A stretch of 64,000 nucleotides of DNA from an uncultured Phycisphaerales bacterium (GTDB taxonomy: Bacteria > Planctomycetota > Phycisphaerae > Sedimentisphaerales > Anaerobacaceae), in contig CAVYYI010000001.1 of the NCBI GenBank assembly GCA_963772725.1, positions 288,001-352,000 of the forward strand, given 5' to 3'. Below, piece by piece: positions 29,839 to 40,590 of this stretch. A program made the position numbers and the translations under genes. The notes beneath the pieces were generated by a model. It saw only the letters and a program-made list of their open reading frames with translations. It had not been told where the DNA came from and did no database searches. Within the stretch, counting starts at the first letter, position 1. Every line of letters starts with the position of its first letter.

Positions 29839-32631
29839 ATGAAACAATCGAAATTTATAGCTATTTGTGGCGTATTGGCTTTATTGATAAGTAACTCTGT
29901 ATGGTTTGCATCTTATACTAATGCGGATACACAGAAAACAAAGTTTCTGGAGAACAAGCAGTATAAAGTTCAGCTTCTTGATGATGCGTCAGTTGAAATT
30001 ACCTGTAACGGGCACTCGGCTTTTCGCTTCGAGCCGAATTTTACAGTTCTCTATAGTTCAACACAGGTACTTTTAACCTCTGACAGGATTTCTAATCCGT
30101 ATTATCGTGTTATCGCATGGCAAAAGTCAGGCAATAAAGAGAAAACAAAAGATTTATTTAAAGCTGCCCAAGTAATAAATATAAAAGCCGTACAGGCGAA
30201 GCAGACAGCTAATCAGCTTAGCTGGATTTTTCCCGAACATCCCTTGTTCAGTCTAAGAGCCGAACTAAGTGTGCCGGATGGAAAAGGTGAGCCGCAGATT
30301 CGGTTCCAGTTTGTTCCTAAAAACAATGGATGGTATTCCATAGGTTATACCGGCGCCCCTGAGATGTCACTTGCTAAGATTGATTCGCTCTGGCAGCCGC
30401 TGATGTGGTGCGAAAAGCGTCTTCCGGAAGAATCGTATTTAACAGAAGAGGCCCGCTGTACCATACCAGCAGCAATGGTGAGCGTTTCAGGTCAGACGTT
30501 CAGCGTTGTTGTTGAGCCGACGCAGATACCGTATCGAATGCCGGGCGAACTGTTCGGTGTCGCGGTACGCAATAGTAAAGGTAATGTTCAGCCGATGGCT
30601 TTTGCCCCGATTTTAGGAGGCCAGGGTTCTAAAATGGAAACTGGAAAACCTTTTAATTTTAAAGTCCTGTTGCTTGTTTATCCGGGCGATTTCAGTAAAA
30701 CATTTGAATATGCGGCTCGCAATATTTTCAGTTTTCGGGATTGCCGGGTTAATACACTTTGCACATTAAACCAAACGCTGGATAATATGATAGATTATGC
30801 GATGGGGCCGTGGGCACGATTTGATGAAAAAGCCAAAGGCTCTTGCTACGACCAGGATGTTGCTGGAGGTATCAAAAACGTAAGCCCGCTCCATCCCCTC
30901 GGAGTTTCGATTGTTACTGATGATGAAGATATTTTTCTAAAGCGTGTCTGGCCTATGACAGAATATGTACTTTCGAGGGAGAAATTTCTTTTCAAGGCTG
31001 GTGATAAGCCAGGCCAGGGTTCATCAAATAAAATGACAGGCCCCTGTGCGCCCGTATCAGAGCTGGCATCTCTGTATCGAATGTCCAACTATCGTACGCC
31101 TGTTTTTTTGCATTTAGTAAAAGAACTTTACCAGGTGGACCGAACGCTGAATATGGAATGGGTAACAAAAGGAGGCACATGGCAAATGTTGCTGGCGGTA
31201 TATCGTGCAACCGGCGACCGAAAGTATCTTGATGATGCTGTTGCCAAGGCGAACAGTTATATCAGCCAGCGCATTGACAAGCCTCAATACGATTTCAAGG
31301 AAGCTGGCACAGGCACATTCTGGGATTATATGTATCCGGCCTGGAAAGACCTGTTTGAACTTTACGAAGAAACCGGTAATCCCAAATTTCTCGATGCTGC
31401 GGCTAAAGGCGCTCGCGAATATGCCTCGCTGGTCTGGTTTTATCCGCCGATTCCTGATAAAAATATAGTTGTGAATAAAGGCGGCGTTGCGCCAACACGC
31501 GGACACCGTAATGCGCCGCCGATAAAAGTGCCGCAGGAGACTGTGCCTGCATGGCGCACCTCCGAGGTTGGTTTGATTTGTGAAGGCAACGGAACTGCGG
31601 CCCGGCTGGGTATTTTTCTTGCGACTCATGCGCCGTATTTTCTGCGTCTGGCTCACTACACGAACGATGAGTTTCTGCGCGACATTGGCCGTTCCGCTAT
31701 AATCGGACGATACTCTAATTTCCCCGGGTATCACATGAATACTGAATATACAACCGTATTCGAAAAACTCGATTTTCCATTCAGACCCCTTAAGGAATTT
31801 ACAATTACATCTATGCACTATAACCATATCTGGCCGCAGGTTGCGTTTGTACTTGATTATCTTATAACTGATGCCTTTGACAGGTCTGACGGCAAAATAG
31901 ATTTTCCATCTGAATACGTGGAGGCGTATGCGTATCTGCAGAGCAAAGTTTACGGTGACAAACCCGGCAAATTTTATGATGATAAAAATGTCCGGCTTTG
32001 GATGCCCAAAAAACTTGTAAGTGTAGATAATGTGCAGGCTAATTATATTGCTTGTTACGGCAACGGAAACTTTTACCTGGCGATGCTGAACCAATGCAAT
32101 GACAATATAAAGGTAAGCGCAAGGTTGAATCAGTCCTTGCTGCCTGATATTGTCGGCAAAACTTATAATGTCCGTGTTTATAAAGATAATAAACCTGCCG
32201 AACCGTCCAAACTCGATAACGGTAAAATAAATTTTGATATTTCAAAAAAAGGAATTACCGCCCTTGTTGTAGAGGGACTGAAAGTCAGTCCAAAGTTTCA
32301 GCAGAAAATTATTGGCGGCTCTGAAGGGAAGGCATGGAAAAATGGTTATGCAGCATTGGATTTTGGTGGTACAAGGGCAATGATTCTGGATATGGGGCCG
32401 CAAATGCGGAGAATATATATTTATCTGCAGGCAGCAGATGATAAATTTAAAAAGGTATCTCTCCACTATGCTGCCGATGACCAATGGAAAACAATCAGCG
32501 ATGACGCTTATCCATTTGAATTTTCCATCAACCTGCCGCCCGAGGTCTCTCAATTTAAATTTAAGGTCGAGGGCATAAGCCCGAGCGGCGAAAGTACCAT
32601 TTCCCAGGAAAGTGTTCTATCACAACAATAG
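29839..32631 (+). CDS. Uncharacterised secreted large protein, paralog 2 of 4
   Basis: Signal peptide; shared motifs FAPILGG, LNQTLDNMIDY, KNVSPLHP, REKFLF, VPAWRTSEVGL, GRYSNFPGYHMNT, HYNHIW and YPFEF. Confidence 0.85.
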   Translation: MKQSKFIAICGVLALLISNSVWFASYTNADTQKTKFLENKQYKVQLLDDASVEITCNGHSAFRFEPNFTVLYSSTQVLLTSDRISNPYYRVIAWQKSGNKEKTKDLFKAAQVINIKAVQAKQTANQLSWIFPEHPLFSLRAELSVPDGKGEPQIRFQFVPKNNGWYSIGYTGAPEMSLAKIDSLWQPLMWCEKRLPEESYLTEEARCTIPAAMVSVSGQTFSVVVEPTQIPYRMPGELFGVAVRNSKGNVQPMAFAPILGGQGSKMETGKPFNFKVLLLVYPGDFSKTFEYAARNIFSFRDCRVNTLCTLNQTLDNMIDYAMGPWARFDEKAKGSCYDQDVAGGIKNVSPLHPLGVSIVTDDEDIFLKRVWPMTEYVLSREKFLFKAGDKPGQGSSNKMTGPCAPVSELASLYRMSNYRTPVFLHLVKELYQVDRTLNMEWVTKGGTWQMLLAVYRATGDRKYLDDAVAKANSYISQRIDKPQYDFKEAGTGTFWDYMYPAWKDLFELYEETGNPKFLDAAAKGAREYASLVWFYPPIPDKNIVVNKGGVAPTRGHRNAPPIKVPQETVPAWRTSEVGLICEGNGTAARLGIFLATHAPYFLRLAHYTNDEFLRDIGRSAIIGRYSNFPGYHMNTEYTTVFEKLDFPFRPLKEFTITSMHYNHIWPQVAFVLDYLITDAFDRSDGKIDFPSEYVEAYAYLQSKVYGDKPGKFYDDKNVRLWMPKKLVSVDNVQANYIACYGNGNFYLAMLNQCNDNIKVSARLNQSLLPDIVGKTYNVRVYKDNKPAEPSKLDNGKINFDISKKGITALVVEGLKVSPKFQQKIIGGSEGKAWKNGYAALDFGGTRAMILDMGPQMRRIYIYLQAADDKFKKVSLHYAADDQWKTISDDAYPFEFSINLPPEVSQFKFKVEGISPSGESTISQESVLSQQ

Positions 32632-32680
32632 AACACTATAATCAAAATATGACATCGGCAATTTAACGTTCAACGCAGCT

Positions 32681-34420
32681 TCAGGCTTCCTGAGCGATGG
32701 CGGCTGCTTTCATTATTTTACGGTATCGCAATGTACAGAAGGCGGTAATTGCGAAAAGGGCTATTGCGAAAAAGACAAAAACACGCCATTTTGTCATATC
32801 CACAAAGCTTAATCCGAGCATGATAGCACCGAAAAAGCCTGTGCACCAAGCGACAACCATAAGCGGCAGGGGACTTACCTTTGGAACGGCCAGGCCGAGT
32901 TGCTCGTGCCTTTGCGTTGCTACACGTTCCCAACCGATATTTGTCCCGCGGCTGATTAGCTCCATTACCGTGAGAATCGCAACCGGCAAAGCCACCCCAA
33001 CGGCAATTTCCATTGTCCTGGTATTAGCGGTAAGCCATTCACTTAAGGCTTTGAGGTTTTCTATTCCGGTGAGAAAGCCGCCTTTCATCAAGCCGAATTT
33101 CATTATAGCACCAAGTGTAAAGCAGATGCCGCCGGTAGTCCAGACGGCGTTTGTACTGAGCCGCTTGCTGAATAGACCCCAGACCGATGGCGCCAGCAGG
33201 GGACCGACTATCAGACTTGTTATGCTCAGTATAACCTTTTCCGCTCCGCCCATTTTGGGTACTGATACAGCAATAAGAATAAGTATTAAACCGAGAATAA
33301 AAGTCATAACCCTGCCCACATAAACCAGATGCTCTTCGGTGGATTTAGGCTTAAAAAGAGCACGATAAAAATCACTCATCAGCACACCGGCAAAAACGTT
33401 AAGCTGACCGCTGATTGCCGCGGATGTGGATGATAACATTGCGGCAAGCATCATTCCCATCATGCCACTTGGCAGAACAGTCCGACAGGCAAGAATATAT
33501 GCCTCTTCAGGATTTGCGTTGGGGTTAATCGCCTTATAGAGTATCGGCGGCAGCATCCAGAGAAATGGGCTGATTAGATAAAGGACGCCGAAAAGATATG
33601 CGGCTTTGCGGGCATCTTTCGGGGTTGGTACACAGAGAAACCTCTGAACAAATGCCCATTCCGCTCCAACCATGAAGAAATGAATTGCGCACCAGCCTGC
33701 CAGGAAAAACCATGTGAATTCACTTGTTGTCGGAACAAAAAAACTTTTAGGCACTGCTTCGGCGAACTTGCCTATGCCGCCAATTTGCATAATTGCCAGA
33801 GGCACAACGAATATTACAGCCAGATTAAGAACTATAAACTGAAGCACGTCTGCCATAAGGACAGCCCAGAGGCCGCCTGCGACTGTGTAGAAAATTATAA
33901 TAGCCCCGAACAAAAGGACCGCCCACTTCAGTGCCAGGTTTCCTGTAACTGGGTCACGCAGGAAATTCCCTTCGCCCAGCGGCATCAACGCAACGAGTAA
34001 AACAGATAACGAATAGAGAGCGACGCCCATACCGAGCATACGGTAGAACATCATTGTCCATGCATAGAAATGGATAGCTCCTTTGCCGAATCGCAGTTGT
34101 ATATATTCAGCCGGAGTCCTGATACCGAGAGTTCGCCAATGTTCAGCGACAAAACGACCGACTAACAGTCCTGCGACGCCGTAGCACATATTAATGCTTA
34201 TGGCCACTAATCCGTACTTGTAGCCGATGCCGCCCCAGACAACAAAAGTTCCAGCCGTGAACATAGTCATAAAGCCGCTCGTGCCTGCCACCCACCAGGG
34301 ACTCTGGCTCCCCGCGGCGAACATATCCTTGGAATTTTTGATTTTCCTGCTGCAGATGCCGCCGATAGCGAAAATCCCCACAATGTAAAGCATCAGAACC
34401 ACATAATCAGCTATTGTCAT
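32681..34420 (-). CDS. Sodium:solute symporter (SSS/SLC5) family transporter
   Basis: Polytopic membrane protein; DMFAAG..PWW..G.S, YTVAGGLWAVLMAD, FVQRFL and GMMLAAMLSSTS motifs. Confidence 0.92.
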   Translation of the reverse strand: MTIADYVVLMLYIVGIFAIGGICSRKIKNSKDMFAAGSQSPWWVAGTSGFMTMFTAGTFVVWGGIGYKYGLVAISINMCYGVAGLLVGRFVAEHWRTLGIRTPAEYIQLRFGKGAIHFYAWTMMFYRMLGMGVALYSLSVLLVALMPLGEGNFLRDPVTGNLALKWAVLLFGAIIIFYTVAGGLWAVLMADVLQFIVLNLAVIFVVPLAIMQIGGIGKFAEAVPKSFFVPTTSEFTWFFLAGWCAIHFFMVGAEWAFVQRFLCVPTPKDARKAAYLFGVLYLISPFLWMLPPILYKAINPNANPEEAYILACRTVLPSGMMGMMLAAMLSSTSAAISGQLNVFAGVLMSDFYRALFKPKSTEEHLVYVGRVMTFILGLILILIAVSVPKMGGAEKVILSITSLIVGPLLAPSVWGLFSKRLSTNAVWTTGGICFTLGAIMKFGLMKGGFLTGIENLKALSEWLTANTRTMEIAVGVALPVAILTVMELISRGTNIGWERVATQRHEQLGLAVPKVSPLPLMVVAWCTGFFGAIMLGLSFVDMTKWRVFVFFAIALFAITAFCTLRYRKIMKAAAIAQEA

Positions 34421-34468
34421 AAAGTTTCTCCTATTTTTTATTAATCTTTTTTTACAGTTTTTTCTATG

Positions 34469-37354
34469 CTATTTTGAAAGAGCGGCAATTTCGGAAAGTG
34501 TTTTTCCCCCGTTGGTGCCAACGGCCTCAAGTTTAAATTCAAATTTACTGTCTGCTAATGTAAGAGGGACGGTGAATTCGAAAGGATAAGCATTGTCTGT
34601 CATTTCTTTCCATTGCTGGCCGCAGGTATATTTAAGAGTAACCTCCTTAAATGTGTCGCCTGTCGCCTGCAGATAAATATAGGCCGATGTAAGTTCCGGT
34701 CCCATATTGATGATTATAGCTTTTGCGCCCCCGAAGTCGAGCGTTGTGTTGTCTTTCTTCCATGGATTAATATCCTTAGCCAAAACTTTCTGTTGAAATT
34801 TTGTTTTGACGTCGAGTCCCTCTATAATCAGGGCTGTAATTCCCTGCGGAGCGACTGAAACTGTTGTTTGACCGTCAATAAGTTTAAGGGATTTAGCGGG
34901 CTTATTCTGCTGCATTACGCGAATGTTATATGCAAGACCTTTTTTAAGCCCGACAAGTTCAGGATTCAGACTAAGGGTACTTGTTACACAATCATTCGAC
35001 TGGTTAGTAAAGGCTATGCAAAGTTTGTTGTCGCCGCGGGCAGCGATGTAATTGAGCTCAATTGAATCAGTTTTAAGAAGATTTTTCGGCATCCAAAGCC
35101 ACACGTTCTTTTCATCATAGAATTTTCCGGCGCGGTCGCCATAAACCTTATTGCGTACATAAGCGTAACCTTCGGCATATTGTGACGGAAAATCAATCCT
35201 GCCTTCTGAACGATTGAAAACATCGGAGACAAGGTAGTCAAGAACCATTGCGATATGTGTCCATGGGTGATTGTAGTGCAGTGAAGTGGCTGAATTCAAC
35301 TCTTCGAGGGAGCAGAGAGGGAATTCAGGTTTTTCATAAACGGTCGTCCTGGCTGTATTCATATGATAGCCGGGGAAATTAGTGTATCTGCCGATAACAG
35401 CTGAACGTGCGATATCGTGCAGGAAGTTGTCTTTGAAATAATATGCAAGCCGTAGCATCCAGGGTGCGTGAGTTGTCAGGAGGATACCCCGATGGCCTTT
35501 ACACGTGCCTGATGATTCTGGTGTAAGGCCGATTTCCGAGACTCGCCACGCTGGTACCCATTCTGTCGCTATTTTAATTGGCTTAAGCCCTTTACCCGTA
35601 CGATAGCTTGGAGCAAAACCGGTTTCATTAACCAGCACTTCGGTATCCGGTATTAACGGACACAGCCAGATAAACTGTGTAAAATCACGAGCGCCGGCCA
35701 GCGATGCATCGAGATACCGCTGCTGATGTGTCTGTTCATATAACTCATACAGTTCCATCCATTGTGGTGCATAGGAAGTCCAGAAGAACATTCCTCGCGA
35801 CTCGGGGTCGCTAAAGTCGGTTTGAGGTGTTTTTATTCTTGCGGCGAGATAAGTGTCAGCTCCTTTGCAGGCTTTATCGAGATATTTTTTATCGCCCGTT
35901 GCGCGATAAAGCGCCATTGCATCCTGCCATCTGTTTGCGGCCTCCTCTACATCGAGATTAAGAATGCGGACTTTTCCACTATTGAATAGTTTTTCGGCAG
36001 ATTCGAGAAAAATGGTGCTTCTATTCTGCGAAATACTATAAAGAGCGGTAAGTTCCGAGACTGGCACGCCAGGGCCGTCTATTCGCGAGGAAGCGGATTG
36101 ACCTTTTATCTTGGGATTGGTCGTGAAGAGAAATTTTTCACGCGACATAGAATATTCCATCATTGGTCTTGCTCGCTTTGTGTAAATTTCTTCATTATCA
36201 GTCACCATCGCCATCGCCATCGGATGCAGCGAGCCGATATTCTTTACCGCGCCGGGTACGTCTGTCGCGTAAGAGCAACCGCGAAGGTCATCGACAAACA
36301 TACTGTACTTGCTCAGGCCATAGTCAATCATATTATCCAGGGTGGTGTTCAGCGAGCATAATGCATTGTTGCGGAAATCGTTGAAACCGTAAATATGCCG
36401 GGCAATATATTCGTATGTTTCGGTACAATTGCCGGGATGAACCAGAAGCTTCATACGGAAAGCAAAAGGCATAGTCTTTTGCATAAAGGAATTCAACCCG
36501 CCGAGAACAGGTGCGAAAAGCATCGGCTGGGCTTTGCCGTCCGCGTTACGAACAAGAACGCCGAAAAGAGAATTGGCATTAGTCGGCATCGGCTGAAAGC
36601 CCAGTTCCGCCGGGTCAGCGACTACGCCGATTGTTATTCCGTCTTTAGTAACAAGTGTTGTTGGAAGAGGACATTGAAAAGATGCGGTGATATATGAATC
36701 ATTTGGGAATCTCTTTTCATGCCAAATCATCGGTTGCCACATTCCGTCAATCTTTTTGATATCGGCTTGTGGTGCGCCGGTATAGCCAACCGAAAACCAC
36801 GCAGTTTTCTTTGGAGTAAATATCAGATTCAGCTGCGGCTCTGAGCTGCCGGCAGGCAATTCTATTTTTACAGCTAATTCGAAGTCTGGATGTTCCGGAA
36901 AAATCCACTGGATAGTATTCTGTGAAAAAACAGCTTTTGATGCGGTAACTGTAACATAAGGGGCAGCATGAAAATAGTTGGCTGTTCGACCTTTGCCATA
37001 AGTCTGGTCTGTTTGCGGATTGAAACCGTCTTCGATATGAGCATTAGGGTCTGATTTCTTTATGACATCTCTTCCCCATGTCCAGATATTATACATATTT
37101 TCAAGTTTCTTCTCGCCGAACTGTCCCCATCGAAGGGCAGGTTGCGGGTCGCTGTCTGAAATTAAAATTGTAAATCTCGGCTCGAAAATTTGCGGTTGGG
37201 CTTTATCCGCCTGGATAATCAGACTGCCGTTTTCCTGGACAGTAATTTTATACGCGTCGTTTCGCAGGATAGTCTCGCCGGTTTTGGCTGACAGGACGCC
37301 GCAAAGAACAAAAACTATCACAAGACTCAACATGGTATTCGATTTAAGCTGCAT
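34469..37354 (-). CDS. Uncharacterised secreted large protein, paralog 3 of 4
   Basis: Signal peptide; same motif set (FAPVLGG, VKNIGSLHP, REKFLF, VPAWRVSEIGL, GRYTNFPGYHMNT, HYNHPW, YPFEF). Confidence 0.85.
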   Translation of the reverse strand: MQLKSNTMLSLVIVFVLCGVLSAKTGETILRNDAYKITVQENGSLIIQADKAQPQIFEPRFTILISDSDPQPALRWGQFGEKKLENMYNIWTWGRDVIKKSDPNAHIEDGFNPQTDQTYGKGRTANYFHAAPYVTVTASKAVFSQNTIQWIFPEHPDFELAVKIELPAGSSEPQLNLIFTPKKTAWFSVGYTGAPQADIKKIDGMWQPMIWHEKRFPNDSYITASFQCPLPTTLVTKDGITIGVVADPAELGFQPMPTNANSLFGVLVRNADGKAQPMLFAPVLGGLNSFMQKTMPFAFRMKLLVHPGNCTETYEYIARHIYGFNDFRNNALCSLNTTLDNMIDYGLSKYSMFVDDLRGCSYATDVPGAVKNIGSLHPMAMAMVTDNEEIYTKRARPMMEYSMSREKFLFTTNPKIKGQSASSRIDGPGVPVSELTALYSISQNRSTIFLESAEKLFNSGKVRILNLDVEEAANRWQDAMALYRATGDKKYLDKACKGADTYLAARIKTPQTDFSDPESRGMFFWTSYAPQWMELYELYEQTHQQRYLDASLAGARDFTQFIWLCPLIPDTEVLVNETGFAPSYRTGKGLKPIKIATEWVPAWRVSEIGLTPESSGTCKGHRGILLTTHAPWMLRLAYYFKDNFLHDIARSAVIGRYTNFPGYHMNTARTTVYEKPEFPLCSLEELNSATSLHYNHPWTHIAMVLDYLVSDVFNRSEGRIDFPSQYAEGYAYVRNKVYGDRAGKFYDEKNVWLWMPKNLLKTDSIELNYIAARGDNKLCIAFTNQSNDCVTSTLSLNPELVGLKKGLAYNIRVMQQNKPAKSLKLIDGQTTVSVAPQGITALIIEGLDVKTKFQQKVLAKDINPWKKDNTTLDFGGAKAIIINMGPELTSAYIYLQATGDTFKEVTLKYTCGQQWKEMTDNAYPFEFTVPLTLADSKFEFKLEAVGTNGGKTLSEIAALSK

Positions 37355-37387
37355 ACTTACTCCTTTTAATTATATCATATTATTGTT

Positions 37388-40318
37388 TTATCGTTGCAAT
37401 GTTGTATTTTCGGATTTTTTGATTTTGTTGTCAATACCAACGGTTTCCACATTAAACTTGAACTTTTTATTGTTATTGGGCAATGGAACAGTAAATTCGA
37501 ATGGGTAGGAGTTGTCCTTAACGCTTTGCTGTGGGCTGTCATCAATAGCATAGTTTAATGTAACCTCTTTGAGTTTATCATCGGACTCCTGAAGATACAC
37601 ATAAGCATTACACAAGCCATCGCCCATATTGAGAATCATAGCGTGAGTCTTTCCGACAGTAAGTGTTGTATAATCTTTTTTCCATGCGTCTATGTCGGAG
37701 TGGTTAATGATTTTCTGCTGGAATTTTGGTTTTATTTCCAGACCGTCAATCACCAACGTAGTTATCCCCATCGGGGCAACCGAAATTTTAATAGAGCCGT
37801 TATTCAGCGATGCCTGTTCTTCCGGGCCGTTTTCATGTCGAACACGGACACTGTATTTTTTGCCGTCTTCTAATTTTACAACATCAGGATTGATGCTTAC
37901 GTTAGAGGTTATCTTCTCCGCCGACTGGTTTGTTAAGGCGATACAAAGCTTATTGTCCCCGCGGGCGGCGATATAATTAAGCTCAACGGAATCTATTTTT
38001 AACAGTTTTTTGGGCATCCAGAGGAAAACGTCTTTGTCATCATAAAATGTGCCGGCCTTATGCCCATAGAATTTATCTTTCAGATATGCATATCCTTCAA
38101 TGTACTGGGAGGGAAAATCTATTTTGCCTTGCGACCTTGCGAATGCGTCTGTTACGAGAAAATCAAGCAGAATAGATATGTGCGGCCAGATATGATTGTA
38201 ATGGAAGGAATTGACACTGAGTTCCTTGTGTTCCCGCAGCGGATAATCGGCTTTCTCATAAGCCGTGGTGCGTGCCGTATTGATATGATAGCCTGGGAAA
38301 TTGCAATAACGTCCGATGATTGCGTTGCGGGCTATATCGTGAAGAAATTTATCGCCTGTGTAATAACTTAGTCGCAGCATCCATCGCGCATGATGCGCCA
38401 TAAATACACCGCGATGACCCACACTTGTACCCAGTGCCTCAGCTACCAGTCCCATTTCTGAAAGCCGCCACGCCGGAACCATCTCTTCAGGCACTTCCAT
38501 CTGCTTATGTCCCTTCCCTGCGAGATACCAGTATAAAGGTGCTTTGCCTCCTTTATTTACGAGAATATCTCCCTCTGGAACTGCCGGACACATCCATGCA
38601 TACATTGCGTACATCCTTGCCCCTTTGTGTGCCGCGTCGAGATAACGTTTTTCTCCGGTAGCTTCGTACAAATCAAGCAGCTCAACCCAATTAGGTGAAA
38701 ATTCATACCAAAAAGAGCCTCTTTCCGGGTCCTTGAAATCTGTCTGGACTTTGTCAATCCTTCGAGCAATGTAGGCATCGGCGCCGGTTTTGGCTTTCTC
38801 AAGGTAACTTTTATCACCTGTTGCCCTGTATAAGGCGAGAAGATTTTTCCACGACTTACCCTTTTCTTTGGTTTCGAGGTTAAGAACTCGGGTTTTGCCA
38901 AGAGTGTTTTCGGCGAAATTGAGAAATACAGGATTGGTCTTGTTAGTAATATCGTAAAGAGCAGCCAGTTCCGTGGTCGGTGCGCAGGGGCCTTTCATAG
39001 CGGAAGAAGGGCTTTGTATTTTCTGCTCTTTATTCAATGAGAAAAGGAGTTTTTCACGAGACATCAAAAATTCGATAATTGGATAAGCACGGGTGCGGAA
39101 AATATCTTCATTATCTGTAACCAATGCCATCTCAAGCGGATTGAGCGATGAAACGTTTTTAACGGCGCCGGGGACATCAGTCTCGTAGCAGCAGCCTTTG
39201 AGCACGTCATCGAAGCGGCTGAATTTACTCAGGCCGTAATCTATTTCGTTTTCGAGGGTCTGATTTAGCGAACAAAGGCCGTTGTTATGCCGAAAGTCTT
39301 TGAAACCGTAAATCTTTCTTGCAATTGTTTCAAAAGCGGTGGAGCAGTTGCCGGGGTTGATAAAAAGCCGCATAGCGAATTTGTATGTGTCGCCTTCTTT
39401 CATATTAGACCCGACACCGCCAAGCACTGGGGCGAAAACCATCGGCTGAACATTGCCTTGAGCGTTGCGAATGGCTACGCCGAAACGGTTATTGTAACGT
39501 GTCGGCAAAGGGTCGAAAGGAAACTCCGCAGGATCCACCACAACACCGATTGTAGCATTGTTCTTGGTGAAAAAGGCGCTTGGTATGGAACAGCGAAACG
39601 CCAGAGCTATATATGACTTATCTGGAAACCGCTTTTCCTGCCAAAACATAGGCTGCCATATTTCACTGACGTCATCGAGCTTGAATTGCGGCGCTCCGGT
39701 GTAGCCGACAGAGTAGTAACCGTTCTTTTTGGGTTTGAATGTAAATATCAAAACAGGTTCCGCCTCTCCCTGCGGCAATGTGAGTTTCGCTTCGAATGAA
39801 AAGGATGGATGAGCAGGGAATGTCCAGTAAATCCCGTCGTTTTTAGCGGCAGCACCGGAGGCGGCAATAGTTGTTGTTGGGGCAGCCTTGAAAAGGTCGT
39901 CTGTGCGCCTTTTTCTTCCGCCCAGTATGATACTCTCATCAAATCCGTCCCCGCCCGACGTCGAAGACGGTTTAATCTCTTTTAGTGTTGTATCGGGAGA
40001 AAGCTTTACATCTTTTACCTCCCACGTTGGACAGTTATACTCATGCATTGTATCTGATGGACGCAGTGCTAGGTTCGGGTCTTTTGTCGTGCGAAAAACG
40101 GTGAAGACAGGTTTGAAAACCCACGAGCCTGCATCCTTAGAGGTAATTTCGATAGAAGTTTTCTGCATAACCCGAATCTGATATCGGTCGTTTTTTAATA
40201 TTTCTCCTGATGCAAAAAGGGAAGTGCAAAAAAAGACTGATAAAATAAAAGTCATTACAGCGAAAAGAGAAACTGGAAACAACGCTCCGTTTGTATAGAT
40301 AATTTTTTTGTAACTCAT
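37388..40318 (-). CDS. Uncharacterised secreted large protein, paralog 4 of 4
   Basis: Signal peptide; same motif set (FAPVLGG, VKNVSSLNP, REKLLF, VPAWRLSEMGL, GRYCNFPGYHINT, HYNHIW, YPFEF). Confidence 0.85.
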   Translation of the reverse strand: MSYKKIIYTNGALFPVSLFAVMTFILSVFFCTSLFASGEILKNDRYQIRVMQKTSIEITSKDAGSWVFKPVFTVFRTTKDPNLALRPSDTMHEYNCPTWEVKDVKLSPDTTLKEIKPSSTSGGDGFDESIILGGRKRRTDDLFKAAPTTTIAASGAAAKNDGIYWTFPAHPSFSFEAKLTLPQGEAEPVLIFTFKPKKNGYYSVGYTGAPQFKLDDVSEIWQPMFWQEKRFPDKSYIALAFRCSIPSAFFTKNNATIGVVVDPAEFPFDPLPTRYNNRFGVAIRNAQGNVQPMVFAPVLGGVGSNMKEGDTYKFAMRLFINPGNCSTAFETIARKIYGFKDFRHNNGLCSLNQTLENEIDYGLSKFSRFDDVLKGCCYETDVPGAVKNVSSLNPLEMALVTDNEDIFRTRAYPIIEFLMSREKLLFSLNKEQKIQSPSSAMKGPCAPTTELAALYDITNKTNPVFLNFAENTLGKTRVLNLETKEKGKSWKNLLALYRATGDKSYLEKAKTGADAYIARRIDKVQTDFKDPERGSFWYEFSPNWVELLDLYEATGEKRYLDAAHKGARMYAMYAWMCPAVPEGDILVNKGGKAPLYWYLAGKGHKQMEVPEEMVPAWRLSEMGLVAEALGTSVGHRGVFMAHHARWMLRLSYYTGDKFLHDIARNAIIGRYCNFPGYHINTARTTAYEKADYPLREHKELSVNSFHYNHIWPHISILLDFLVTDAFARSQGKIDFPSQYIEGYAYLKDKFYGHKAGTFYDDKDVFLWMPKKLLKIDSVELNYIAARGDNKLCIALTNQSAEKITSNVSINPDVVKLEDGKKYSVRVRHENGPEEQASLNNGSIKISVAPMGITTLVIDGLEIKPKFQQKIINHSDIDAWKKDYTTLTVGKTHAMILNMGDGLCNAYVYLQESDDKLKEVTLNYAIDDSPQQSVKDNSYPFEFTVPLPNNNKKFKFNVETVGIDNKIKKSENTTLQR

Positions 40319-40505
40319 AATCTTTTGCGATCCTTTATATTTTGATAATATTCAAAAAACTTTTATTTTTTTGGTCATACTGAAGTATTATGGAAAAAAA
40401 TTACTGAAGATTGCGTCTTAACATCCGTTCTAAACAAATCCATTATAACTCCATTATTAAAATCATAAAAACACTATTCTAATAGCTTATATGTTATTAT
40501 GCAAC

Positions 40506-40541
40506 ACCATTATGCGTCAAAATCTAACCATTATGCGACAA
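40506..40541. promoter_or_regulatory. Direct repeat ACCATTATGCG(T/A)CAA x2 with 21-bp period; candidate transcription-factor site
   Basis: Copies at 40506-40520 and 40527-40541 (14/15 identical), about 190 bp upstream of the minus-strand operon starting at 40318. Confidence 0.5.
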
Positions 40542-40590
40542 CTGTATTATAAAAGAAAACCAGTAGCTAATAAAAATTTATAGAGTTTGC

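Noticed and set aside
31114..32094. Long antisense ORFs (31114..32094, 20774..21493, 26421..27125, 41380..42093, 32697..33323, 63243..63686 and others)
   Set aside because: They lie opposite well-supported genes and show no recognisable motifs; they are shadow ORFs.
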